A DNA stretch of 64,000 bases from Eledone cirrhosa. Lineage: Eukaryota. A program made the translations under genes and the position numbers. The notes beneath the pieces were generated by a model, which had not been told where the DNA came from, ran no database searches, and worked only from the letters and a program-made list of their open reading frames with translations. The stretch lies in the NCBI GenBank assembly GCA_964016885.1, contig OZ024762.1:22878001-22942000 (forward strand), written 5' to 3'. The number at the start of each line of letters is the position of its first letter. Within the stretch, counting starts at the first letter, position 1. Shown piece after piece: positions 34,447-48,462 of the stretch.

Positions 34447-34450
<4 letters not shown>
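34258..34450 (-). mobile_element. Family A full copy (hairpin + tail)
   Basis: ~54-bp arms 34337-34391 / 34397-34450, ~80-nt tail, TA flanks. Confidence 0.9.
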
Positions 34451-34482
<32 letters not shown>

Positions 34483-34602
34483 TAAACGGAATATATATAT
34501 AGATAGATAGATATCGCCCCCCCCCCCACTCTCAAGCGTGAACCTAATACTAACACTTTGTACTGCACTCTTCGCTTTCTTTTTGTTTTCTGTTTTATCT
34601 AT

Positions 34603-34634
<32 letters not shown>

Positions 34635-35066
34635 TACACGCACTCAGCCTTTGTATATATATAGAGAGAGAATTCACAAGGATCAAAGCTATGTTCAAAG
34701 CATTTATTCACTTACAATTGTTTCATCCAAACCTAGGCTTGGTGTCTTCGGAGCATTTTTCAATGTTTGTACATATAATTAACCTCCTATCCAACGCAAG
34801 AGACATACAGATACATATATATATATATTGATGTACAGTGGAGTGACATATATTATACTATACTATATTTGTACAGCAATTCAAATTCAAAATCAAAATC
34901 AAAATTAAAATTAAAATTAAAATACATTCGCCAGATAACAGATAATGCAAGAGGATAGTTTGATAGTCAGATCTAGTAGGTAGTGTATGCGTTAGTTACA
35001 CATGGTAATAAATTACTGACCTTCCCTGTTTATGGTTTAAAATATACATAACTATAAATAGTATCC

Positions 35067-35109
<43 letters not shown>

Positions 35110-35995
35110 TTTTATAAAGGCTAAAGAGTGAGTCTTTTTCTTCAGGTGTTTCATATGTTCTATTTCTATTGTCAAGGAATCGAACCCACATTATGATCAC
35201 AAGCCTAACACCTTTAACAACACCAGAAGGCCACAAAGCACCCTACCCAGTTCTCGCTGCTCTATTTCTACTGTAAAAAATCGAACCCTTGCATTATGAG
35301 CACAAGCCCAACATCTTTACCCACACCAGTAGGCCACAGAGCCTCCTACACACTTCTTAAGACAGTACGTGTAAATTTAGCTCAGTCTTGTATCTCTCAC
35401 TGCTCTATTTCTGTTGTCAAAGAATCGAACCCTGGCATTATGATCAGAAGCCGAACACCTTTAACTATACCAGTAGGTCACACGGCCACTACACAAATCT
35501 TAACGCACCACGTGTAAATTTATTTCAGTCTGCTCTATTTGTATTGTCAAGGAATCGAAGCCACAGCATTGTGATGACAAGTGCAGCATCTTTAACAACA
35601 CCAGTAGACCACAAGGCCTCCTCCACACTTCTTAACACACCACGTGTTTATTTAGCCTAATGTTAAAGAATCGAACCGTAACATTATGATCACAAGCATA
35701 ACATTTTTTAACAACACCAGTAGGCCACAGGGCTCCTCCACACCTTTTAATACACCACGTGTAAATTCAGTAGTCTCCTCTATCTGTATTATCTCTCGCC
35801 GCTCCATCTCTATTTGTCAAAGAATCGAAGCCACAACATTATAATCACAAGCCCAACACATTTAACAACAGCAATAGACCCCAGAACCTCCTACACACAT
35901 CTTAGGACAGTACGTGTAAATTTAGCTCAGGCTTTTATCTCTCCCTGCTCTATTTCTATTGTCAAAGAATCAAGCCCACAACATTGTGATCACAA

Positions 35996-36185
35996 GGGCG
36001 GTGGATTGGCAGTATCGGTAGAGGGTCTGACGCCATTACTTTGCAGCAAAGAGTTACGGCCCTTTATGGTCTGAGTTCAAATCCCGCCGAGGTTAACTTT
36101 GCCTTTCATCCTTACGGGGTCGGTAAAATAAAGTACCAGTAATGTATTGGGTATTTGCTGGCCTTGTGCCTATATAAGAAACAGT
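35996..36185 (+). mobile_element. SINE family 1, full length
   Basis: Head, core and tail present; flanked by tgatcacaag. Confidence 0.9.
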
Positions 36186-36196
36186 TATGATCACAA

Positions 36197-36311
36197 GGCG
36201 TGTGGCTGAGTGGTTAGAGAATTGGATTCGCAATCGTAAGGTTGTGAGTTCGATTCCTGGACCAGGCGATGCGTTATGTCCTTGAGCAAGACACTTTATT
36301 TCGCGTTGCTC
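36197..36311 (+). mobile_element. CORE-type SINE, family 2
   Basis: tggctgagtggttagag..gagttcgattcc..tgtccttgagcaagacacttt. Confidence 0.85.
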
Positions 36312-36997
36312 CTTCTACCTGGAGTTGCGACCGATAGATAGTATTAGCAATTGGAAAGACCAACGGAAACATTGTTCCCTCGGTCCGATTTGACGAAAGT
36401 CAATCGTTCCTCTATGATCACAAGCACATTTTAACAACAGCAATAGACCATATAGCCTGCTACACACATCTTAACACAGTACGTGTAAATTTATCTCAGA
36501 CTTGTATCTCTCGCTGCTCCATCTCAATCAAAATTAAACGACATAACAGGAACATTTTCAAACCCATTCTTTATACGACACTCCTGAATATATTTCTATT
36601 TTCTATCTAAACCTTTATTTCTTTGTTTTCTACTATCGCCTATTATCTATCCTCTAGATACGTCCTTTCATTCCTTCTTTCCTTCTCATCCATTATTTCT
36701 CTATTATCGTTCCCATCGTATTTTTTTTCTAAGTTATTCTTTCATTTCCTCCTCCGAACAACCTCCATCATTTCCATTTCGGTTATTATTGTTTTTTTTC
36801 TTGTTTTATTCGTTTTCTTTTTTCATTTTTTGTTACGGGTTTCTTTTTTTTTTAGATTTAGTTTTCTATATTTCATCTTTATTTCTGTTTATTATTGATG
36901 TTGTTGTTATTAATATCATTGTTATTGTTTTTATTATTTCTACTATTTGTTTTGCCTTGTTTTCTCGTTCTTTTCATGTTTTTTTTTTCTAATTTTC

Positions 36998-37084
<87 letters not shown>

Positions 37085-37111
37085 GTATGTATACTAAATA
37101 TACATTTATAT

Positions 37112-37159
<48 letters not shown>

Positions 37160-37193
37160 ATATATATAAATGACTGTATACTAAATATACATT

Positions 37194-37255
<62 letters not shown>

Positions 37256-37382
37256 AATGACTGTATACTAAATATACATTTATATATATATGTATGTGTG
37301 TGTAGATATATATATAAATGAATGTTATATATGTATATATATATATATATATATATAAATGTATGTATACTAAATATACATG

Positions 37383-37444
<62 letters not shown>

Positions 37445-37469
37445 AATGACTGTATACTAAATATAGATT

Positions 37470-37500
<31 letters not shown>

Positions 37501-37630
37501 GTATATGTATATATATATAAATGTATGTATACTAAATATACATTTATATATATATATATATGTGTGTGTATATATATATATGTATATATATATATGTATA
37601 TATATATAAATGTATGTATACTAAATATAC

Positions 37631-37686
<56 letters not shown>

Positions 37687-37771
37687 GTATATATATATAA
37701 ATGTATGTATACTAAATATACATTTATATATATATGTATGTGTGTGTAGATATATATATAAATGAATGTTA

Positions 37772-37865
<94 letters not shown>

Positions 37866-38049
37866 GTGGGTGTGTACATGAGTGTATATTACCATATATG
37901 TATTACGTATGTATACATGTGTATATTAACACACATATATATGTATATATATATGTGGGTGTATATATACACGTATATATCGCAAACACTTTCACCCTTT
38001 TATCTGTATGTACACTTGTATACACACCCCTATACATTATATATACCCG

Positions 38050-38743
38050 AGTTTGTGTGAATGTGGGTGAGTGTGAATGTGTGTGTCTGTGTGTGAATGT
38101 GTGTGTATGTGTGAGAATGTATGTGCGTGTAAGTGTGGGAATGTGTGTTTGTGTGAAAATGTATGTGTATGTGTGATAATGTGTGTGTGCGTATGTGTGA
38201 TAATGTGTATGTGTGTATGTGTGATAATGTGTATGTGTGTATGTGTGAGAATGTGTGTGTGTGTATGTGTGAGAATGTATATGTGTGTGTATGTGTCAGA
38301 ATGTTTGTGTGTGTGTTTGTGTGAGAATGTGTGTGTATGTGTGTGTATGTTTGAGTGTGTGTGTGTGTGTGAGAGAATGCGTGTATATGTGTGTATGTTT
38401 GAGAATGTGTGTGTATGTGTGTATGTGTCAGAATGTGTGTGTATGTATGTGTGTGTATGTTTGACATAGTGTATGTGTGTATGTATGTGTGAGAATGTGT
38501 GTGTGTGTATGTGTGTGTATGTTTGAGAATGTGTGTGTGTGTATGTGTGAGAATGTGTGTGTGTGTATGTTTGAGAATGTGTGTGTGTATGTGTGAGAAT
38601 GTGTGTGTGTGTATGTGTGTGTATGTTTGAGATAGTGTGTGTATGTATGTATGTGTGATAATGTGTGTGTGTGTGTGTATGTGTGTGTATGTGTGTGTGG
38701 TTGTGTATGTGTGAGAATGTGTGTGTGTGTGTATGTGTGAGAA

Positions 38744-38776
<33 letters not shown>

Positions 38777-40305
38777 GTGTGTGTATGTGTGAGAATGTGT
38801 GTGTGTGTATGTGTGTGTATGTGTGTGTATGTGTGTGTGTGTATGTGTGAGAAAGTGGGTGTGTGTATGTGTGAGAATATGTGTGTGTATGTGTGAGAAT
38901 GTGTGTGTATGTGTGAGAATGTGTATGTGTGTGTATGTGTGTGTATGTGTGTGTGTATGTGTGGGAATGTGTGTGTGTGTATGTGTGAGAATGTGTGTGT
39001 GTATGTGTGTGAATGTGTGAGAATGTGTGTGTGTATGTGTGAGAATGTGCGTGTGTGTGTATGTGTGAGAATGTGTGTGTGTGTGTCTATGTGTGAGAAT
39101 GTGTGTGTGTATGCGTGAGAATGTGTGTGTGTGTATGTGTGTGTATGTGTGAGAATGTGTGTGCGTGTGTGTGTGTATGTGTGAGAATGTGTGAGAATGT
39201 GTGTGTGTATGTGTGTATGTGTGTGTATGTGTGAGAATGTGTGCATGTGTATGTGCGAGATTGTGTGTGTGTGTGTGTGTCTATGTGTGAGAATCTGTGT
39301 GTGTATGTGTGTGTATGTGTGAGAATGTGTGTGCGTGTGTGCGTGTATGTGTGAGAATGTGTGTGTGTGTGTGTATGTGTGAGAATGTGTGTATGTGTAT
39401 GTGTGTGTGTGTGTATGTGTATGTGTGTGTATGTGTGTGTATGTGTGAGAATGTGTGTGTGTATGTGTGTGTATGTGTGATAATATGTGTGTGTATGTGT
39501 GTGTATGTGTGTGTATGTGTGTGTATGTGTGAGAATGTGTGTGTTTGTATGTGTGAGAATGTGTGTGTATGTGTGTGTATGTGTGTGTATGTGTGAGAAT
39601 GTGTGTGCGTATGTGTGAGAACGTGTGTGTGTGTGTATGTGTGTGTATGTGTGAGAATGTGTATGTGTGTGTATGTGTGAGAATGTGTGTGTGTGTGTGT
39701 ATGTGTGTGTATGTTTGATTATGTATGTGTGAGTGTGTGTGTATGTTTGAGAATGTGTGTGTGTGTATGTGTGAGAATATGTGTGTGTGTGTGTATGTGT
39801 GTGTGAGAATGTGTGTGTGTATGTGTGTGTATGTGTGAGAATGTGTGTGTGTGTATGTGTGAGAATGTGTGTGTGTGTGTGTATGTTTGAGATAGTGTGT
39901 GTGTGTATGTATGTGTGACAATGTGTGTGTGTGTGTATGTGTGTATATGTGTCTGTGTGTGTGTATGTGTGATAATGTGTATGTGTGTGTATGTGTGAGA
40001 ATGTGTGTGTGTATGTGTGTATCTGTGAGAATGTGTGTGTGTATGTGTGTGTATGTGTGTATGTGTGTGTATGTGTGAGAATGTGTGTGTGTATGTGTGT
40101 ATCTGTGAGAATGTGTGTGTGTATGTGTGTGTATGTGTGTATGTGTGTGTATGTGTGTGTGTGTATGTGTGAGAATGTGTATGTGTGTGTATGTGTGAGA
40201 ATGTGTATGTGTGTGTGTATGTGTGTGTGTGTGTGTATGTGTGTGTGTGTGTGTATGTGTGTGTATGTGTGAGAATGTGTATGTGTGAGTATGTGTGTGT
40301 ATGAG
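38050..40305. repeat. GT-rich minisatellite (gtgtatgtgtgagaat)
   Basis: Direct reading. Confidence 0.95.
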
Positions 40306-40651
40306 TACACCTACATAGATGTCCCTCAGGATTCATCTATGCAATTTCCTTATCTGAAAACTCTCATCGGGATGCTACACATCACAACCTGTCACCATAT
40401 CAGAAAGATGACCCCAGGAGGGGTTTACAGTAACATACGCCACATGACACACACACACATGCACACATGCGGCATACAGTCCAAGGTGAACTTATCATAA
40501 GGAAATAGAATACATAAATCAATAGACAAATAAGTTATATAAATAAGTATAAAAACACAACTAATCTTCTCAGTAAATATAATTGTGACATGAGACTCAG
40601 TTAGGAATGTGGATATGTAGGTTTGTGGAGAGGGGGAGGTATATATATATA

Positions 40652-40711
<60 letters not shown>

Positions 40712-40719
40712 CATATATG

Positions 40720-40779
<60 letters not shown>

Positions 40780-40996
40780 ATCAGTCCTACAAACTGTAGA
40801 GTGCTTCTTATTCGATATCTGCATTGCTTTATATATATATATATACTTTATATATATATATATATACTTTATATATATATATATATACTTTATATATATA
40901 TATATATATACTTTATATATATATACCTTATATATATATATATACTTTATATATATATATATACTTTATATATATATATATACTTTATATATATAT

Positions 40997-41090
<94 letters not shown>

Positions 41091-41109
41091 TTTATATATA
41101 TATATATAT

Positions 41110-41156
<47 letters not shown>

Positions 41157-41170
41157 AAATGTATATAGAA

Positions 41171-41201
<31 letters not shown>

Positions 41202-41205
<4 letters not shown>

Positions 41206-41397
41206 AAGAAGTTTGACCCCGACGGCAGAGCTCAAGCCGTTTCGACGGCTATTTCTGGTCCAGAAATAGCCGTCGTCGAAACGGCTTGAGCTCTGCCGTC
41301 GGGGTCATATTGTTCCTATTACCCACACTACTACTCTAAGTATTGAGTACTTTGGTGCGTTATGGTCCATCTGGTTCCTTACCACAATTCCTTCGTT
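41202..41397 (+). mobile_element. Family A full copy
   Basis: Hairpin gaccccgacggcagagctc..gagctctgccgtcggggtc plus tail. Confidence 0.9.
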
Positions 41398-41414
41398 ATA
41401 TATATATATATATA

Positions 41415-41494
<80 letters not shown>

Positions 41495-42371
41495 GGTATA
41501 TATATATATCAGAGATATTTATATATATTTGTGTGTGTGTTTTCGTTTATGTATGTGTGTGTGTATATATATGTGTGTTCCTATGTTTGTGTGTATATAC
41601 ATACATATATATGTATATATTGTGTGTGTATGAAGGTGTTTAAGTATATATATATGTGTATGCATATGCATGCATATGTATATATATGTATATATATGTA
41701 TATATGTATGTGTTTGTATGTGCATGTGTGGGTACATATAAGTACATCCATATCGATACACACACACTCACACACATAGACACACACACACACACACACA
41801 CACCTTAACATTGACAAGAAAACTAAATGCAAATAAATTTCTTATCTCCAAAATTTTACTTTAATTCATGATTTTTTATATACATTTTAATATACATTTT
41901 TATATACATTTTTATATGCATTTTTATATACATTTTATATACATTTTTACATATATTTATATATATATATATATTTTACCTCCTGTTACGTTTGATTTTC
42001 TGCTGTTGCTAATGTTGTTGTTATTATTGGTGTTGGTGTTGTTTTTATTGTTGGTGTTTTTGTGGCTGTTATTGTTGTTGTTGTTATTGTTGACGTAGCT
42101 GAGATATTGTTTTCAGAAAAAAAAATCTTTTGTTGAGGTTTGAATGGAAAACTACAAAATAAAATCCACTTCATAATGGAAAGCTACATATAGGAACATA
42201 TATCTCAGACGCTATGTTGATATAACCCTAGTTCTTCTTCTTCTCCTTCTTCTTATTATTATTTTTCATTATCCTTCTTCTCCCTCTCCTCCTTCGCCCT
42301 CTTAGAAAGTGAGAGAGAGAGAGAGAGAGAGGTAATGAGAAAGAAATATAGAGGAAGAATCTACCCCAGAA

Positions 42372-42424
42372 CTAGACTGGTACTTTTTTATCGACCTCGA
42401 AAGGATGAAGGCAAAGTTGACCTC
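42372..42424 (-). mobile_element. SINE family 1 core fragment
   Basis: ctggtactttttatcgacctcgaaaggatgaaggcaaagttgacctc. Confidence 0.7.
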
Positions 42425-42529
42425 ATATATACTTGTTGATATATCTGTTAGACACGCAGTGACTAACAACAGAATGTTTTAAGTCTGCGTGTTCTGACAT
42501 ATATGCGTAGCTTGTGAATAAAATATTCA

Positions 42530-42736
42530 AAGGGTTTCGCTGGCCGTGGTGATCCCACTCAAACATGTTTTGTAACGTATCGTCTTATTGGCTAATTTCA
42601 TCGTCTTATTGGCTAAGTAATTGTTGCTCAAAAGCATCCGCCACTTTGTTTGCACGTTAATTTATCGTTTCGCCTTCGTATCTTCCTCCTGTATTTCGTC
42701 GTTTATCATCAAAATATTTTTCTCGTTTTGGTAAGT
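42530..42736 (+). promoter_or_regulatory. Candidate promoter and non-coding first exon
   Basis: Two inverted CCAAT boxes (ATTGG at 42587 and 42608), locally CpG-rich, G|GTAAGT donor at 42731. Confidence 0.4.
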
Positions 42737-43349
42737 TATATTGTTAATTTATATATGATTTTTTATATTTATATTAGCTATATTTTTTTTCAGTTTGTTA
42801 TAACATATTTACTTGTATATTTATCCATATTATTGTTCGTTTTTATTAATTCAACTATAACAATTATTGTGTAAAATATATTTATTTAATATTGATTTTT
42901 TTTTGTAGTTGTTTATATTAAAAGTCTGAAAATACTTGTATACTTCTTACAATAATGTTTATAAGATTATTTATAAAATAACAATTATATAATCTAATTA
43001 CATTACAACGATAATTTATTATTAATATATATCATGTTTAACTAGAGTTTTTACAAGCGTTGCCTTAAAAAATATTAAACTAGACCTGAAAGTGCATTTC
43101 GTATTAATCATTACTAAACATCTAATATGAGATATTGAAAATTAGCATAAATAATTATCATGTCGTCTTGAGTTCGTTATGAGTCTCTTTTTTATAAAAG
43201 GATGCCACAGAGTGTACGATAGATAATGATTACAATATTTTTGAGCAACAACTCTAGTCACACACTCTTGAAGGTTTATTATAACATTCTGTGGCTCTTT
43301 TGAGCTTGCGCATTTTTCAGGTCTAGTACATATATATACATATATACAT

Positions 43350-43415
<66 letters not shown>

Positions 43416-44015
43416 ACTAGAAATTGATTGACATATATATATATTTAAAATAAACACATGAAACAATCACAGGGGATAATTTGTAAAGTGTGTAATCACA
43501 CATAGCTAGGTAGATAACTAATTAAAGTTTAACAAGAGCTTCAAATATTACCTTTAAAAAATGATTAATATTCTTTGTATATATTTCATTAAAGAAATAT
43601 ACTTCACCATTAATCCGTAATGTCACAGTAGTCAACTCCCAGATCTTCAGCAAGGGGGAAGATTTAACTATCTGTGTTTACACATCAATGCAAATCTGCG
43701 AGTGACCCATCGCACGTGTTGCGATTCTAAAACTACTAACAACATGCTAACGTCATCCCAGTGGCGTGAATAGGGTGATCGACAGCTATAAATGGGCATC
43801 CGAGTCCTTTTAACTGAGTTAGCTCTACAATTAAGGAGCTGTGTATATATCCAAAATTAATTTAATTTAATTAAATTAATTCTTATGATTTTCAAAAGGA
43901 AAAATTGAGATGGAGGAGGATTTGTGTTTCTCTTGTGTTTGTCTCGCGAGACAAACCAGTCACTTCTGTGAACCAACACACTTCCCTTTTTACTCCTCCT
44001 CTTTCAATCTTTTCT

Positions 44016-44733
44016 ATATTTCATCTGCCTGTCACCTGCCGGTCTCTCTGTTGACCACTGGCCACTGGTCTCTGTCCTCTGAGACATTATATATCATCTA
44101 CCTGTCACCCACCTTGTGGATTGTCTCTCTGTTGACCACTGGTCACTGGTCTCGTTCCTCTGATACATTATATTTCATCTACCTGTCACCCACCTTGTGT
44201 ATTGTCTCTCTGTTGACCACTGGCCACTGGTCTCTGTCCTCTGAGACATTATATTTCATCTACCTGTCACCCACCTTGTGGATTGTCTCTCTGTTGACCA
44301 CTGGTCACTGGTCTCTGTCCTCTGATACATTATATTTCATCTACCTGTCACCCACCTTGTGTATTGTCTCTCTGTTGACCACTGGTCACTGGTCTCTGTC
44401 CTCTGAGACATTATATTTCATCTACCTGTCACCCACCTTGTGGATTGTCTCTCTGTTGACCACTGGTCACTGGTCTCTGTCCTCTGAGACATAATATTTC
44501 ATCTGCCTGTCCCCCCCCCCCCCATGTGGATTGTCTTTCTGTTGACCACTGGCCGCTGGTCTCTGTCCTCTGAGACATTATATATCATCTACCTGTAACC
44601 CACCTTGTGGATTGTCTCTCTGTTGACCACTGGCCACTGGTCTCTGTCCTCTGAGACATTATATTTCATCTGCCTGTCCCCCCCCCCATGTGGATTGTCT
44701 CTCTGTTAACCACTGGCCGCTGGTCTCTGACCT
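44016..44733. repeat. 81-bp tandem repeat, ~9 copies
   Basis: tctctctgttgaccactgg at 44043, 44124, 44205 and onward. Confidence 0.95.
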
Positions 44734-44916
44734 CTTAATCATTTTTGGTCCATTGGTGTGTTTACAGTGACAGCATTTAGCTGTTTTAATGGCTGTTCTA
44801 GCGATGAGAGTTATCATTTTTATAAGTATTCAAATAAAGTACACTATACCTTGATCTCTATCAGAGGCAACATTGTTATATAATGTATATATATGTATAT
44901 ATATATATATGTGTAT

Positions 44917-45223
44917 AGTGGTAGCTATGGTGCTTCTGTAGGCGGTATGCCAAAATTAGCACTCGATATTCATCAGAGTAGAGTGTATATATTATCAAGA
45001 AAACGAAAAAATCAGTGATGCATCTGGACTTAGTTTATTTCGTGTTACAAATGTTTCGCCGGCAGGTAGCTCGAGACATGGTCCCTGTATGGACCCGCAG
45101 AAGTAGAATCAGCCAGATCCATACAAGGACCGTGACTTGAGCTACATGCCGGCGAAACATTTGTAACACGAACTAAACTAAGTCCAGATGCATCACTGAT
45201 TTTTCGTTTACTTGATAATATAT
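44917..45223 (-). mobile_element. Foldback element (arms 44986-45093 / 45118-45223) with tail
   Basis: GAAAC ATTT GTA half-ribozyme; tail motif TCGAGTGC; weak similarity to the 30168 family. Confidence 0.75.
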
Positions 45224-45494
45224 GTATATATATATATATGTATAGAGAGAGAGAGAGAGAGAATTTCCAAAACTAATCCAAAACTAATCACGGGCGCTCT
45301 ATCTCAAAATTATTTTGAAAAGCATTAGAAATGCGCAACCGGTAAAACTTAAAACCAAAACTGAATACTAACCAATACTATTACTAATTTTCACTTATTC
45401 CTAATTAAACTATTTTTCACCGTGAACAATTTGTCAGCATTTTCTTTTCCGTTTACCAATATATCATAACTCGTGTGTTACACCTCTATTCTCT

Positions 45495-45597
<103 letters not shown>

Positions 45598-45743
45598 ATG
45601 TGGGTGTATGTGTGTGTGCGTGTGTGTGTGTTATAGATAAGTAATGACACTTTTTTACCCTGGAGTTCTACGTTCACACGCGCTGGGTCATCGATACATA
45701 AGTAGTGAGATTTTCTACTTTGGAGTTCCACCTGCGCACTCGC

Positions 45744-45808
<65 letters not shown>

Positions 45809-45832
45809 CAAACACAGAAATACATGTATGTA

Positions 45833-45866
<34 letters not shown>

Positions 45867-46295
45867 GGTATTTCTTTCTTTTTTTCTACCGAAACCTTCG
45901 CAAAATTCTTCTAAGCAGTATGTTGTTTGATGGTATAGTATGTAATTATTAACCTTCAACACACCAATTACGAAATATACGCCGACAAATGATTTATTCT
46001 CGGATATTGACTGGTATATCAACATGAAAGGACATCAACTCATTATACCCGTATTCAATATGGTGGAAAGCAACGAAGCGCCATCATTCGCTTCTCACCT
46101 ACAAATGTTATTTCGCGTAGACATTTTTTTTTTTAGGGCAGCATGCTCATATTTATGCATGAAATATACACACACACACATATATATATACCCACATACA
46201 CACATACACCTTCATATAACCATATACGATATCGCAAAGGCATACTATATACACAAATAAAGATATGTTATATATATACACACATATATACATAT

Positions 46296-46379
<84 letters not shown>

Positions 46380-46441
46380 CATGAACCAATATACATACCT
46401 CCGTTATATGTAGAAATAAAGCGATGGATATATATATATAT

Positions 46442-46522
<81 letters not shown>

Positions 46523-46563
46523 GTAAACCAATATACATATCTACATTATATATAGAAATAGAG

Positions 46564-46626
<63 letters not shown>

Positions 46627-46738
46627 CGGGTATATGCATATAAATATGAATATATAAAGATACATACATGAACATTTGTATGTATGTATATAAGAGAGAG
46701 ATTTCTATAGGTATATACATATACGCATGTTTTTTTTG

Positions 46739-46804
<66 letters not shown>

Positions 46805-46981
46805 CCTATATATACACTCAAATATATGTGTGAGTGTGTATAAATGTATTAACTTCAACAAAGACACACTGCTTACAGTATAAAATCAGTGAACTGAACA
46901 CTAAGCAAACAGCGTGTTGTGGAGAGGTGGTTAAGATGGCGCTGGTGGTGAGTTAAATGTATACTAGGATTAATGCGCATG

Positions 46982-47076
46982 TCATACAGTTAATATAATG
47001 TTAATGACACTGGTGGCGCCGCCGTCGGAGTTGAAGGCTTTGTTGATGTGCTTCTCAGATTTGATGTAGTAATTGC
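46982..47076 (-). CDS. Candidate terminal exon (NYYIKSEKHINKAFNSDGGATSVINIILTV*)
   Basis: ctaat branch-like site + ttttccgctatgcAG; GC-richer island. Confidence 0.25.
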
Positions 47077-47181
47077 CTGCATAGCGGAAAATTAGATAGG
47101 ACAAACACACACGTGTGTATATGTGTGTGTGTGTGTGTGTATGTGTGTGCGTGTATGTGTGTGTGTGCCTGTATGTGTGTA

Positions 47182-47218
<37 letters not shown>

Positions 47219-47663
47219 CTGTGTATGTATGTGTGTGTATGTGTGTGTATGTGTGTGTGCATCTGTGTGTGTTCGGGGTACACATTTATATATCAGTATA
47301 TATATTATGTATATATACACATATATTAATTGATTTGTATATATGTATATATAGGTAACCATATCTCTCATGTATATGTATATATATGTATATATATGTA
47401 TAGGAGTATATATATATATATATATATATGCATATATACGTGTGTACGTGTATATGTATGTTTATATATATATATATGTACGTATATATAAGTATGTATA
47501 TGCGTATATATATATATGTACTTGTATGTATGTATATATGTATATATATTTGTGCGTAGTTGTATATATGTACGTATATTTATGTGCATATGTATAATAT
47601 GTACGTATATGTATGTGCATATGTATATATATGTACGTGTATCTACGTATACATATATGTACA

Positions 47664-47715
<52 letters not shown>

Positions 47716-47767
47716 CATATATATATATAAGTAGCTATATGCATGTGTTTATAGATATGTACGTATA

Positions 47768-47819
<52 letters not shown>

Positions 47820-47839
47820 AATATATATATGAACGTAAA

Positions 47840-47925
<86 letters not shown>

Positions 47926-48462
47926 AGTGTATGTATATGTACGTACGTGTGTATATATGTATGTATATGTATATATTTACATATATAGTATGTTTGTGTA
48001 TGTATATGTTAACATCTATACACAAATATTTGTTTATAAATGACTATTTCTCATTAAGTCTTGTAATGTATGTTAGATTGTTAGTTGGTTGGCTGGGGTT
48101 TCTTTAATTGTAACAGATCTCTATCTCAACTTTATATGTTCTGAGAGTTTTACTACATGATGAAAACGGGAAGTGGTTATGAATGGTAGTAGTAGTAGTA
48201 GGAGGAGGAAGAAGAAGGGGAGGATGACGATGACGACGAAAGAAAATTAGAATGGCGGAGAGAGCGGGTTAGGCAACGGTATGGGAGAACAGTAGTGTAC
48301 GAATATTGTGAAATAGAAGGGAGAGAACTAGGTGAAGAAGCATGGGCATTGATGGGTAGGAGTAGCATGCAGCGGAGGAGGCGGGTGGGCACATTTATGT
48401 CTGTCTGTCTGTCTGTCTGTGTGACTGTATGGATGACTGACTCTCTATCTGTTTATCTACAG

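Larger units (their letters stand above)
35150..36525 (-). repeat. Tandem array of ~7 tRNA-like 100-145-bp units
   Basis: Minus strand unit gtggcctactgg..ggcttgtgatcata..gggttcgattc. Confidence 0.75.

Noticed and set aside
43910-44494. 194-aa ORF with 27-aa repeats
   Set aside because: Consequence of the 81-bp tandem repeat; later units break the frame.
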